In this document: in pieces, positions 41,369 through 53,542 of the stretch
Position numbering within the stretch: position 1 is the stretch's first letter
Layout: each line of letters begins with the position of its first letter
Origin: Octopus sinensis
Lineage: Eukaryota
DNA: 64,000 nt
NCBI RefSeq assembly: GCF_006345805.1
Contig: NC_043002.1
Span: forward strand, 50,902,001 to 50,966,000
Direction: 5' to 3'
Made by a program: the position numbers and the translations under genes
Notes under the pieces: generated by a model
Database searches by the model: none
Told to the model about the DNA's origin: nothing
What the model saw: the letters and a program-made list of their open reading frames with translations, nothing else

Positions 41369-41746
41369 GTGGCTGTGTGATAAGAAGCTTGTTTCCCTAC
41401 CACATGGTTCAAGGTCCAGTGCTACTGCGTGGCACCTTGGACAAGTGTCTCTCAGTATAGCCTCGAGCCGACCAAAATCTTGTGAGAGGATTTGATAGAC
41501 GGTAACTGAAAGAACCCCCTCGAATCTCGTATATATGTGTGTGTGTCTTTGTTTTTCCCACCACCACTTGACAACCGGTGCTGTAGTGTTTACGTCTCCG
41601 TTGCTTAGAGTTTCGGTAAAAGACACCCGATAGAATAAGTACTAGGCTTTAAAATTCAAGTAGTGGGGACGATACATTCGACTAAAATTTCTTCAAGGCA
41701 GTGCTCCAGCATGGCCGCACTCTAATGACTGAAACAAGTAAAAGGC
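41369..41746 (+). mobile_element. SINE family A
   Basis: Complete head-to-tail copy ending ccagcatggccgcactctaatgactgaaacaagtaaaagg. Confidence 0.88.
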
Positions 41747-41771
41747 GAAAGAAGAGATAACTCTTTTACAC

Positions 41772-41990
41772 TTTTACTTGTTTCAGTCATTTGACTGCGG
41801 CCATACTGGAGCACCGCCTTTAGTCCAGCAAATCGACCCCAGGAGTTATTCTTTGTAAGCCTGGTACTTATTCTGTCGATCTCTTTTTGCCGAACCGCTA
41901 AGTTACGGGGACGTAAACACACCAGCATCGGTTATCAAGCGATGTTGGGGTGACAAACACAGACACAAAAACATATACACACATATACAT

Positions 41991-42079
<89 letters not shown>

Positions 42080-42257
42080 TATATATATATATATTATATA
42101 TATATATATATACACGACGGGCTTCTTTCCGTTTCCGTCTACTAAACTCGCTCACAAGACTTTGGTCGCCCCGAGGCTATAGTAGAAGACACTTGTCCAA
42201 GATGCCACGCAGTGGGACTGAACCCGGAACCATGTGGTTTGTAAGCAAGCTACTTAC
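41772..42257 (-). mobile_element. SINE family A
   Basis: Complete copy with internal (TA)n, tail-to-tail with the 41369 copy. Confidence 0.9.
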
Positions 42258-42377
42258 AGTTGCATTAACAACCTAAGTGTTCTGAAATGGTAATGGTGTT
42301 TTATTTTAATATTAAAAAACACTTTAAACCAATGGTACTCAATCATTTTTTTATATGTAGACTCCTTTCATTACTGA

Positions 42378-42510
42378 GGAGGCACATGGTTTAGTGGTTA
42401 GAGTGTTGGACTTACGATCGTGCGATTGTGGTTTCGATTCCTGGACCTGGCGATGCATTGTGTCCTTGAGCAAAACACTTCGTGTTACGTTACTCCAGTC
42501 TTCTCAGGTG
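42378..42510 (+). mobile_element. SINE family B 5' fragment
   Basis: tggtttagtggttagagtg A box, ggtttcgattcc B box, tgtgtccttgagcaaaacactt. Confidence 0.8.
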
Positions 42511-43674
42511 GGGTATTTATACGCCATGGAAGCCGGGAAACCGCTCCTTATGAGTCGGTATGACTTGAGAAGAAAACTTTACCTTACCTTAAAAATTAAT
42601 ATCACTAAGAAATATTACCGGTCCCTGGCACATTGGAAAAAAAAACTGCCTGTACGCCACATCAGATAGTTTGAGAAGCCCTGTGCTACAGTGTATCCCA
42701 AATTTTCTATTTTCCTTGCGTGAACCCCCACAACTCTTACATAGATCCCCACCCCGTGGTCATATGGACACTGGTTTTAAACCATATCTTTACATGACCC
42801 AGTAAGGAGCCTGTATGTGAAAGTTTAACTAGCTAGAAACAACAGCCAAATTTCTATTAAGTTACAACAGCCAATTTATAAAGGTGTTTACAGATGAGCG
42901 AGGGATTCTCTATAAACCAGTCTTAGGATGGATTTTTATCCAGACCTATGAGAGAGCCCGTATGTGACAGCTTGACAAGGTAAAAACAGCTACATCACTT
43001 TACAATTGACTAAAATGACTAGAAAATAATAAAATAAAAAGGGACATCCAGGATAATGGTGTCCCACGTTCACTAATACAATCCATGATTATATGTGAAC
43101 GTGATCAAGGTTCGGGTGTTTGGGGTTTTAAATCGAAACAGGAATTGAAGAGACTGGAGGCAGAAACAACAACGACATCAAAAAGGAAGCCTCTTTAGGG
43201 AGGGAGACTTCATCTGTTAGAAATAGCAGCCAAATTCCACGCAAATCACGTACTAACGTTTTAATAAAATACTTTGGAGATATTGTATTAATTCTAAAGG
43301 CAACATGGCTGACATTAACAAAAATGAAAAAAATGAAAAAGAAAAAGGAAAACTACTGATCATATGCGTTGGATCATTAGTTTACTCGTTGACCGAGACA
43401 CAACAGACTTGGGGTTAAACAACAACAACAACAATAACAACAACAACAACAACATCAGCAACAAAAGCAGCAGCGGCAGCGAATCAATCAGACGCAACAC
43501 AATATATCTATTGCTAGTAACTTTAGACAATCTTCTTTTCATGTCTGAATACATTACACAATCCAAGAGTTATCATTAAACATCTAATATTATTTAAACA
43601 CGAGAACAGAGAAGATATCCGATATATCATGTTGATATCAAATAGTAAAAACATTAAATAACCACAACACTACC

Positions 43675-43718
<44 letters not shown>

Positions 43719-43735
43719 TAATAATAATAATAATG

Positions 43736-43822
<87 letters not shown>
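43675..43822. repeat. (AAT)n microsatellite
   Basis: Directly visible; no insertion inside it. Confidence 0.95.
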
Positions 43823-43824
<2 letters not shown>

Positions 43825-44682
43825 CGATCTCAGCAGATTTGATTTTACTTTTGGTTATAGTAATATATATTAATGATGGAGGTGGAGGTTTACTTTTTCT
43901 TTTGCTCTTGTTTTTTTTAATAATGTTTTTTTTTTAATATTTTTAAGCATCTATATGAATCTATATTATCATCAGTATCGAATATGAGCATTTATGACTG
44001 TTCATGCATATGTTTAAACATAGTTATAATATACACTCATACGTTCACGCAGGATGTATATATTACATTGTGCACATACATAGATGAGTGAGTGTGAGTA
44101 GTGTGTGTGTGCGTGTGTGTGTGTGTATGTGTGTGTGTGTATGTGAGTGTGTTTGTTTGTGTGTGTATGAATGTGTGTAATATAAGAGTAATCATTTATC
44201 TATCAATCTAGTTATGTATCTCATAATCTGGTAAAACACTCTTCATGGTGGTGCTCCGGGATGGCCGCAGTCAAATTACTGGAACAAATACAAAAATAAA
44301 AGAATATATGTGTGTGTATGTATGCGTGTGCGCATGTATGGGTGTGCACGTGTGCGCATGTGTGGGTATGCATGTGTGTGTGTGTGTGTATACGTGGGTG
44401 TGTGTGTGTAAAGGTACTTAGAGGTGCGCTTATCTAACTATATATATATTTACATTTTGTGATTTTTCCGTTATGAAGACTGATTCAGATTATACATATC
44501 AAAGTTTACCCTCACCATGATAATACATGGGGCATAAACACTCTTGGAACATAATAGCTATCGCAATGAATAAGTTACACGTAGATACACACACATACAT
44601 ATAATTGTACATATATGTATAAGTGTGCAGGCGTATGTGTGTGAGTGTATATATATATATATATATATGGTGTGTGTGCGTG

Positions 44683-44717
<35 letters not shown>

Positions 44718-44994
44718 ATGTATATATATATATAAATATATATATATATGCATATGTGTACGTATATATATATATATATATATATGCGTATATGTATGTA
44801 TGAGTGTGTATGCATGCGTATACGTTTAGTATTTGTCCCATTCTTTGTATAGCCCCTGTGGGTAATAAAAAAATTAATATATATATATGATATAAACTCT
44901 TATATAACTTACATAGCTTGGCATACATCTCTGCGTCTGCGTGCTTATCTATGTGTGCGGGTGTGTATACATATTTACACACCAACACACACAA

Positions 44995-45037
<43 letters not shown>

Positions 45038-45557
45038 CCTGTATAGACATACATACATACATACATACATACATGCACGCACATACCTCCACACATTTGT
45101 GCGCAATCGTTTCTATGGTTCAGATTCATCAGATAATTTCTGCCGGCAGTTATTGGAACCATTTCCTAAACAATTACATCCAACTAATTATATTAGTCAT
45201 GATTGTATACCGGATTTTATTGCTCAGCGAAACACATAGGCACAAAAATAAGTAGATCAATAATAAGTTAACAAATAAACTGATAAATAGATAAATAAAT
45301 ATATAAACAAATGAAAGCGACACGCTTATAACTGGAGGTTACCTTCTTCCTAATTGGATTTTGTTTTGTCGGTGGTGGTGGTAAATTAATACAGAATCTT
45401 GTCTGTGAGATATCCAGGGCATGCAGGTATCTGATTCGTACGTGACCGTCTTTTATTTAAACTGTCGATATTTTATTACGCACATACACGTGCGCATGAA
45501 CAGACACACACACACACACACACACACACACCACACACACACACACACACACAGATA

Positions 45558-45729
45558 TAGGAGTGGGTGCTGAAATGTGCCTGGCTTTAAAGGTGTCGGG
45601 AAAGGCCAGGCTGGAAAAACTGGAGGACCACTGCAATGAATGTGTGAATCTGAGAGGAAAATGTGTTTCATAAAATCATAATTGACCGATCTTCATTTCC
45701 TTTACCCAAAGCCAGGAACTTTTCAGCAC
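45558..45729 (+). mobile_element. Mariner-derived MITE (family M)
   Basis: gggtgctgaaatgtgcctggcttt ... aaagccaggaacttttcagcac TIRs. Confidence 0.8.
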
Positions 45730-45975
45730 AAGCTCTACCTGCGACGATTTCATCTCAATCGAAGGAGAGGAGCTTTCTCCGTCCGGGTTGCGGATCCGTG
45801 GAACAAGCTGCCAGACGAGATGGTAAAGATGCCGACGACCGCCTTGTTCAAAGCCTCCCTGGACCTCAAGTGGCCTGAACTCTTTACATGAACACCACCC
45901 TGTACTTAACTCAATGTCCCTCTACATGGCCTTGCTATTTGCTTTTGAGCCAAATTAACTAACTAACTAACTAAC
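45730..45975 (+). mobile_element. CR1-type LINE 3' end
   Basis: KLYLRRFHLNRRRGAFSVRVADPWNKLPDEMV...FKASLD* then short UTR and a (CTAA)n tail. Confidence 0.8.
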
Positions 45976-46215
45976 ATACACACACGCGCGCGCGCGCACG
46001 CACACACACACACACACACGCACACACGCACACACACACACATCAAAGCGGTCAGACGAACTATAAGGTGAAACTTTGAGTTACACTTCATGAAGACTTT
46101 TAATAAAATCATATTGCTCTACCTTTGGTATTCGAGTACTAAATTTTCCACCTTGTTTTGTACTTATGTGCTTACATGTGTGTGTATCTCTTATGATAAT
46201 TATATATATATACTT

Positions 46216-46545
46216 TTATTCTTCTACTTGTTTCAGCCATTTGACTGCGGCCATGCTGGAGCACCGCCTTTAGCCAAACAAATAGACCACAGGACATATT
46301 CTTTGTAAGCCTAGTAAGTACTTATTTTATCAGTCTGTTTTGTCAAACCGCTAAGTTACGGGAACGTAATAACACCAGCATCGGTTGTCAAGTGATGGTG
46401 GGGGACAAACACAGACACACAAATACAGACAAACACACACATATATACGACAGGCCTCTTTCAGTTTCCGTCTACCAACTCCACTCACAAGGCTTTGATC
46501 GGCCCAAGGTGCCACGCAGTGGGACTGAACCCGGAATTACATGTG
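46216..46545 (-). mobile_element. SINE family A
   Basis: Tail at 46216 through head region gtgggactgaacccgg. Confidence 0.85.
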
Positions 46546-46559
46546 GAGTAAATTTTTTG

Positions 46560-47010
46560 TGTAACACCCGCACGATTTTCACTTACAAAAAAAAAAAAAC
46601 ATGGATTTTTTGCGTGGAATGAAGTACCCTGACCTCCTAATATGCTGCAAATTCCTTATTTTGGTTCAGAAAAATTGGGGCGTGGGGGAATCACCCCGTT
46701 CTGGAATCATTGGAATTTTTTTTCGTTAAATGAAGTCCTGTGACCTTCTAATATGCAGCAAAACTGGGTGGAGTGAGTTTTCCTTTTTCACCAGCACGAT
46801 TTTCACTAAAGAAAAAAAAATCAGATTTTTTTGGCGTAGAGTCAAGTACCCTGTCCTAATATGCGGCAGATTCCTTATTTTGGTTTGGAAAAGGGGGGAG
46901 CCCGAGGGGGAGCCCCTCCCAGACTCATTGGAATTTTTTTTTCGTTGAATGAATTCCTCTGACCTCCTAATATGCTGCAAAACCCTTTTTGGGGTCCAAA
47001 AAACGGGGTG
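46560..47010. repeat. ~110-bp tandem repeat, 4 units with dimeric higher-order structure
   Basis: Motif gacctcctaatatgctgcaa recurs at 46631, 46742, ~46851 and 46961; units 1/3 and 2/4 are more alike. Confidence 0.8.
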
Positions 47011-47105
47011 CGGTGAGGTGGAAGCCTCGGAAATTTTATCCACTCCCAACATTTTTCAGAAATTTTCCAGTGTGAATTACATGGTTCGTTATTAAATATA
47101 CATAC

Positions 47106-47144
<39 letters not shown>

Positions 47145-47148
<4 letters not shown>

Positions 47149-50100
47149 TAATCCAAACGGGAAAACAGAAAAAACAACAACACGTGGAACAATTACAGTA
47201 TTATTATTATTAGGCGCTCAGGAAAATGGAAGAAGGAGGATATGACGTTTCGAGCGGAGCTCTTCGTCGGAAACATAGGAGAAAGAAAGATCCCGAGACG
47301 GGAGGACAGAGGAAAAAAAAATTGCAGGTAGTCTTCACGAGGTCACATACTGAAAAGACGGAAGTGGTAAAAAAGGAGGAAAATGTTTTTTAAAAACAGG
47401 AGAGCTGAATCAAAGAGGGAATGGTAAAAAAGGTGTGCGAGAAAACGAGGGTGTGTGTGTGAGTGTGTGCGTGTGTGTGTATGTGTGTGTATGGTGGACT
47501 GTGGCTAGTAGCAGGCAGTAGTAGAATTAAAGGAGTGTGTGGGGGTACCCTAGCAAGTCAGAAAGGCAGATCAGAAACAGGGAGGTATGTGTGTGTGAGT
47601 GTGTGCGTGTGTGTATGTGTGTGTGAGGCGAGATAAAAAACAAAAAATATGTATATGTTAGTGCGTGCAGGGCGAACAGATGACATAGCAAGTCTCGAGT
47701 GAGTGGTCAGTGGTAAAAAAAGGGAGGAAGGAGGGAAGAAGGGAAGGAGGGAAAGGGTGGGGGCGTATGTAACATGCCAGTGTGTGTGTAGAGTGGTAGT
47801 GTGTCCAGTGTGCGTAGTTGTGTGTATGGCAAGTAAGTTTTAAGTGTGTGTAAGTGTAATGTATATATATATATATGCAAATATGTGTCTGTGAGTGGGT
47901 GTGTGTATGTGTGTGCGTGTGTGTACAAAGAGGGGGGGTTTAAGAAAAAAAAATGCAGCGGAGGGGGGGGGGGGAGATGGAATAGTGGTCCCGCGGCGAC
48001 AGGCGTGGGAGAACCCAAAGACACGCGCCGGCCCCAGATACGAACAGGAGATCTAGTCGGTCAACCAACGAGCGTGGTGCATGCATGCGTGTATGCGTGC
48101 GCGAACGTGCACAAGCGTGTATGTGCGCGCGCCTGCGAGTGTGTGTGTAAGTATGTATGTGTGTGGATGTGTGAGTGTGTCTGTGTGTAAGTCTGGGTGT
48201 CAGTGTGTCCGATGAATGTATGTAAGTATGTGTGTATATGTGTGTATATAGATGTATGTCCGTGTGTGTGTGTGTGTATGTGTATGAGTGTGTATGTATG
48301 TACGTGTGTGTGTGTGGTAGTGTGTGTAGGTGCATGTGTATGCGCGTACATGCAGGTGTGTGAGTGAGTGTGTGTGTATGTATGTGTGAGTGTGTATGTC
48401 TGTGTGTGTAGGATGCATGTATGTGTATGGGTGTATGTATGTGTGTGTGTGTATGGATGTGTACGTGCGTGTGTGTGTGTATGCATGTATGCATGTATGC
48501 GTATGCATGTGCGTTTGTGTGTATGTGTGTGTGTGTGCATGTGTGTAGGTATATATGTATGTGCGTATATGTGTGTGTATGTGCGTACATGTGTGTGTGT
48601 ATGCATGTGTGTGTATGTAGGTGTGTAGGCGTGTGTGTATAGGTGTATGTATGTAAGTATGTATGGGTGTGTCCGTGTGTGTATGCATGTGTGTGTATGT
48701 AGGTGTGTGGGCGTGTGTGTATAGGTGTATGTATGTATGTATGTATGGGTGTGTCCGTGTGTGTTTGTGTGTGTGTGTGTATGCATGTGTATGTAGGTGT
48801 GTGTGTAAGTATGTGTGTGTGTATGTATGTGTGAGTGTGTATGTGTGTATGTCTGTGTGTATGTATGTGCGTATAGGAGTATGTAAGTATGTGTGTGTGT
48901 ATGTGTGTGGGTGTATGTATGTATGTAGGTGTGTGTGTGTGTACATGTGTGTAAGTATATGTGTGTGTGCGTATGTATGTGTATGTGTATGTGTGTGTGT
49001 TTATGTATGTGTGTATGTATGTGTGTAGGCGTGTGTGTATAGGTGTATGTATGTATGGGTGTGTGTCTGTGAGTGTTTGTGTGTTTGTAGGTATGTGTGT
49101 ACGTATGAGTGAAAGTATGGCTGTGTAGGTGTGTGTGTATGAATGTAAGTGTGTGTGTGTACAAGTGTAATGTATGTATGTAGGGGTGTGTGTGTGTACG
49201 TGTGCGTGTGCGTGTGTATGTGTGTGTGTGTATGCGTGTGAGTGTGAGTGTATGGGTGTATGTCTGTGTGTGTGTATGTCTGAAGTAGGTATGTGTGTGT
49301 ATGTAAGTATGTGTGTGTGCGGGTATGTGTGTGTGTGTGTGTATGTGTGTGTGTAAGTGTGTGTGTGAGTAGGTGTGCGTGTATGTATGTGGGTAGGGAT
49401 GCATGCGTGTGTGTGGGTATGTATGTATACATACGCACGCACACACCCGAAGCACGCCCACACACACGAAGCACGCTCACACACACAACACACAAACAAT
49501 ACAACGCAAGCCCATGGGGCCGACCAACCCCCAGCACAGGCCAAGGCGTGCGCGCGCGGGGGCCCCCGAACAACCCGCTCCACGGGAACCGAGGATCCAT
49601 CAACCAAAAACCAGAAACCAGAAAAGAGGGGGGGTTTGCCTGGGTGCAAATAGGTGTATGTGTGTGTGTATTCGTGTAAAGGTGTGCATGTGTGGGTATG
49701 TGTGTTTGTATGTGTGTGTGCGTACATGTATGTGTGCATGTGTGTGTGTATGTAAGTATAGGTGTGTGAAGTATGTATGTGCGATGTGTGTGTGTGTGTA
49801 TGTATGTGCGTATGTATGTGTATGTATGTATGTATGTATGTCTGTGTTTGTGTGTGTGTAAGTATGTATGTGTGTGTGTATGTATGTATGTGTGTATGTA
49901 TGTGCATGTTGGTTTGTATGTTAGTGTGTGCATGTATGTCTATAAGTATGTGTGATTAAATGTGTGAATGTGTGTACGTAGATGTGTATCCGTATGTGTG
50001 TGTGTGAACAGGCGTGTGGGATGTAGGTAGGTGTGTGTGTGGGGGGTGTTTATCCGGAAAAAAAACTTAGGAGGAGGGGGGCTGTGTTAAGTCCGTGTGG

Positions 50101-50525
50101 GGTAGTAGTTTGTAGGGTGAAGATGTAGCGTTGCTCCAAGTGGAGCCTAGAAATTGGACGACCATTGTGGGGGCGAGACCAAACACTGAGATGTCATCTA
50201 GGGAATGGCTGGCCGAGCGGAAGTGGCGTGCGACGGGAGAAAAAGAGTGTAGGCGCACGTCCCTTAAATGTTCTGTGAATCGGTCGGACAACCGGCGTCC
50301 CGTCTGTCCTACATACAGCATCCCGCATATGTTGCATTTAATGCAGTAAATGAGGCCAGACGAGGTGCACGTAAAGGAGTGCCTAATACGTACAGTTCGC
50401 CGGTTGGAGCCAGTGACAGCAGTGGTGTTGGTGATGAAGGGGCAAGTGTTGCAGCGGGAATTAGAGCAAGGGAATGATCTGGTGGGGCTGAGGGGGAAGG
50501 AGAGAGGGTGCTGTGGACCAGGAGG

Positions 50526-50526
<1 letters not shown>
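47145..50526 (-). mobile_element. 5'-truncated Penelope-like element: GIY-YIG endonuclease, long CA-rich 3' region, terminal repeat with hammerhead motif
   Basis: GIY-YIG coding at 50526-50051; 3' terminus homologous to 3008-3187; (TA)n on both flanks; continuity across the low-complexity middle is inferred. Confidence 0.65.
50051..50526 (-). pseudogene. Penelope-type GIY-YIG endonuclease domain (two frameshifts)
   Basis: LLVHSTL / FPCSNSRCNTCPFI...FTCTSSGLIYCIKCNICGMLYVGQTGRRLSDRFTEHLRDV...PVARHF...HSLDDISVFGL / RLHLEQRYIFTLQTTTPHGLN. Confidence 0.9.
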
Positions 50527-50559
<33 letters not shown>

Positions 50560-51072
50560 CGTGTATATGTATGTATATATGTAAACAGGTAAAAATTCAC
50601 CGATAAAAGTGCTACTTACCTCTTTGCTTTCAAATAAATGGATTAATTCTCAACACATTTTTAGCGATGAAATATTTTCAGCTTTATACCAGCGTTTTAG
50701 GAATAAAAACAAAACTCTTTCGCGCCCAAACTAATCTCTGTGTGTGTGGGGGGGGGGGGGGAGTTGTTTCTCTAGAGAAGGGATTTAAAATGAAAGTTTT
50801 AGAAACAAAATTAAAAAATACAAAACTTAAATTTGGATAAAATGTTTATATATAATTAGTAATCAGGAAACCCCTCTAAAGTATTAAGTATGAACTTTAT
50901 ATGATGCTTCATCAAATGTCTAAATGTGGCATTGTTTGAATCGCTGTATGAACAGTTTCTGATAGTAGATGTCTTACATGTCTTCTACTATATGTATAAT
51001 TTTTGAACTCCTATTATAAAATGAAACACGTGTAAAGATGAATAAATTTTTCCACTCCCCAGTTTTGTTATA

Positions 51073-51253
51073 TATGTGGGATACTGAAAGTCCCTGATTT
51101 GGGGTAAGAAAATACAGGAGGATCAGATTCACACACATTTCGCAGCGGTCCTTTAATTTTTCGAAGCCCTGTAAAAGAACTCGGAAGGTTAAGCCTCCAA
51201 CCTGGCCTACCACGATGCCCTTAAAGCCAAGAAGTTTTTAACACTTCCTCGTA
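51073..51253 (-). mobile_element. Mariner-derived MITE (family M)
   Basis: Reverse-complement match to 1366-1582; encodes the remnant LQGFEKLKDRCEMCVNL. Confidence 0.78.
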
Positions 51254-51258
51254 TTATT

Positions 51259-51467
51259 TACATTATTTACAGTTTACGGATATTTGTCCTCATCTTGTTT
51301 GTTGTTAACACAACGGTTCGGCTGATATACCCTCCAGCCTTCATCAGGTGTCTTGGGGAAATCTCGAACCTGAACACCTGATGAAGGCTGGATACCTGAT
51401 GAAGCCGAAACGTTGTGTTAACCACAAACAAGATGTGGACAAATATCCGTCGACTGTAAATAATGTA
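51259..51467. mobile_element. Palindromic element made of two inverted hammerhead-bearing terminal repeats
   Basis: Arms 51259-51352 and 51373-51467 are near reverse complements; each carries CTGATGA-A-GGCT...AGCC-GAA(A/C)-CG-TT-GTGTT. Confidence 0.75.
51373..51419 (+). ncRNA. Minimal type I hammerhead ribozyme-like motif
   Basis: Stem I AACAC/GUGUU; core CUGAUGA plus an extra A; stem II GGCU/AGCC; GAAA; palindromic ACGU stem III; GUU triplet ending at 51414. Confidence 0.7.
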
Positions 51468-51624
51468 CATAATTCTTCATCTCTTAAATATTGAACTGTA
51501 TTATACTTCCTCGTATATGTGTGTGTGCGTGTGTGTGTATACATATATGCATTCCGTCTGTGTTCCAAATTTCAAGTAGCAGCTTGTGATAAATTTATTT
51601 TATGTAATGTTTAGTTTCTGCTAC

Positions 51625-52005
51625 TTAGCTCTGCCTTAGCGAAAGTGGAGGTATTGTTTGCAGTCGTGTTTGTTTGTTTGTTTGTTTGTCCGTGAACAAG
51701 ATATCTCAAGAACCGCTAGATGGTTTCGGATGAAACTTTCAGGGATGTTTGGCCTCGTGACTAGCACGAACTGATAAAATTTTTGGATTGATCCGTTACC
51801 GGACAAGATTCTGGATTATTTTTCCTATTTCTTTTCTTTTTTTTTTACTTAATTTTTGAGAGCGGTCGGTTTCATTTTTAGTATTCTCGTTTGTGAGAGC
51901 AGCCCAGTTTGTTTCAGATATTTTCATTTTAAAAAGTATCTCTGGCTAATCGTTGAGAGGACGTTGCCTTGGCGAAGGTTTGCTCTCTCTCTGAGTGCTC
52001 TTGTT
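51625..52005 (+). mobile_element. Helentron-associated non-autonomous element (HINE/DINE-like)
   Basis: 5' subterminal palindrome (agctctgccttagcgaaagtggaggt), (GTTT)n, gatgaaacttt core, 3' ccttggcgaagg plus a gctctc..gagtgc hairpin. Confidence 0.75.
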
Positions 52006-52162
52006 ACTTTTGAAATCTTTGAACAATCAGATAACAGTTTACCTGGAAAAAAACAATGCAGTTGTTAATAAGGAGTATTGAAATTTATGTATGCAACATT
52101 TCACAGCTCTAGCATCATTCCTTCATAGCCAATCTTTGAACTTTTCACTCCACCATCGTGTG
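52006..52162 (-). mobile_element. Mariner 5' terminal fragment
   Basis: Minus strand acacgatggtggagtgaaaagttca resembles the family M TIR. Confidence 0.5.
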
Positions 52163-52260
52163 TATGCGTGTATGTGTGGATGTGTGTGTAGATAGACAGA
52201 CAGGCAGATAGATAGATATATAGATACATATATGAATGCATACATACATACATACATACA

Positions 52261-52294
<34 letters not shown>

Positions 52295-52685
52295 CATACA
52301 TTCATACATACATACATTCATACATACATAGCTCAATGAACAGAGGTTGAAAACGTAATGGCTGAAACACCAAAAGTACTTAAAAGGTAATCGAAGAAAA
52401 ACATTTTGTTAGAGAAACAAAATGGTAAAAAACCAACAGTTTCTTACAAGAAAATATGTACAAATGTGGCCAGACTGTCTCTGTGCTTCTCAAGCGAAAG
52501 AAATTTCACCGTATGAGATGAAGAACATTTTAAGATATTTCGAGAAAGTGGCGTAAGCGATGACATAGAAATCTGGCATAGGACTTTAGGTTCTATCGTT
52601 TGATCTCGCTGAAATTTATATTCTGTTTTGGACTTTTCAAATAAATAACAGTACGTACTCCAATTGCGCTTTATCACCTTCTGTG

Positions 52686-52832
52686 TTCTTTCACGGGGCT
52701 TAGAAAAACTGAAGGACCGTTGCAATAAGTTTATGAATCTGAGAGGAGAATATGCTGAGTAAAATCATTATTAACTGATCCTCTTGTATTTTCTTTTACC
52801 CATAACCCGAAAATTCTCAACACCCAGTCGTA
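52686..52832 (+). mobile_element. Mariner-derived MITE (family M) 3' part
   Basis: gggcttagaaaaactgaaggaccgttgcaataag...ctcaacacccagtcgta. Confidence 0.75.
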
Positions 52833-53029
52833 TACCACAGAACAGGAAAAGTGTTTTTCCTCAAAAAGAAATCGAGTTCTTGATTGAACTATGGCACATA
52901 AATAGATCTTCGATTATATTCGATGCAATGTATATATGTATAAAATATTCTATATAAACGGATAGCTTTTTTCGAAATTGGATATACTTTCTTATACAAA
53001 ATTAATCTGGAAATTAATTTTGTATAAGA

Positions 53030-53190
53030 ATTGTTTTAAGAATTATTTAAAATTTTAAGAATAATTTTAAAGTTTTAAGAATAATTTTAAAGTTTTTAGA
53101 ATAATTTTAAAGTTTTAAGAATAATTTTAGAATAAAATTTTATTCTAAAATTTTAGAATAAGGATCGTTTTAAGAATAATTTTAAAGAAT
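53030..53190. repeat. 20-bp AT-rich minisatellite (ttttaagaataattttaaag)
   Basis: 4-5 tandem or near-tandem copies visible. Confidence 0.8.
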
Positions 53191-53542
53191 TGTTTAGAAT
53201 TAATTTTGTATAAGAATTTTGGAAATTAGTTTTATATATATATACATACGCACATACACACATGCTTGTATGTATTTTAAACACATAAATTTTGTATAAG
53301 AATTTGGAAATTAAAATTTTGTATATATATACATGCGCGATTACACACATGCATGTATTTTAAACACTTTTACTTACAGTAAAGGTGTTTAAAATAATTC
53401 TTAGTTTTCAAATGTCAACAGTTTGTTGAAAACTCAATGTTAAGTTTCGCAAATGCCTTCTGACTAAGTTGCCTTATGTACGTATGTATGTATGTATGTA
53501 TGTATGTATGTATGTATGTATGTATGTATGTATGTATGTATG

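Noticed and set aside
38285-42510. tRNA-like A/B boxes as tRNA genes
   Set aside because: No complete cloverleaf; all continue into SINE bodies
42560-43300. Possible hAT-MITE ends and a short dispersed repeat (tagaaatagcagccaaat-like, also ~19200)
   Set aside because: Too degenerate to define boundaries or class by eye
45100-45140. Minus-strand CTGATGA...GAAACG hammerhead-like spacing
   Set aside because: No stem I or stem II pairing
46560-47010. Regularly spaced repeat as a CRISPR array
   Set aside because: Eukaryotic context, the intervening sequences are themselves repeated, no cas genes
47940-49933. 655-, 468- and 310-aa His/Thr-rich ORFs
   Set aside because: Translations of CA/TACA repeats, which lack stops in several overlapping frames; no domain content
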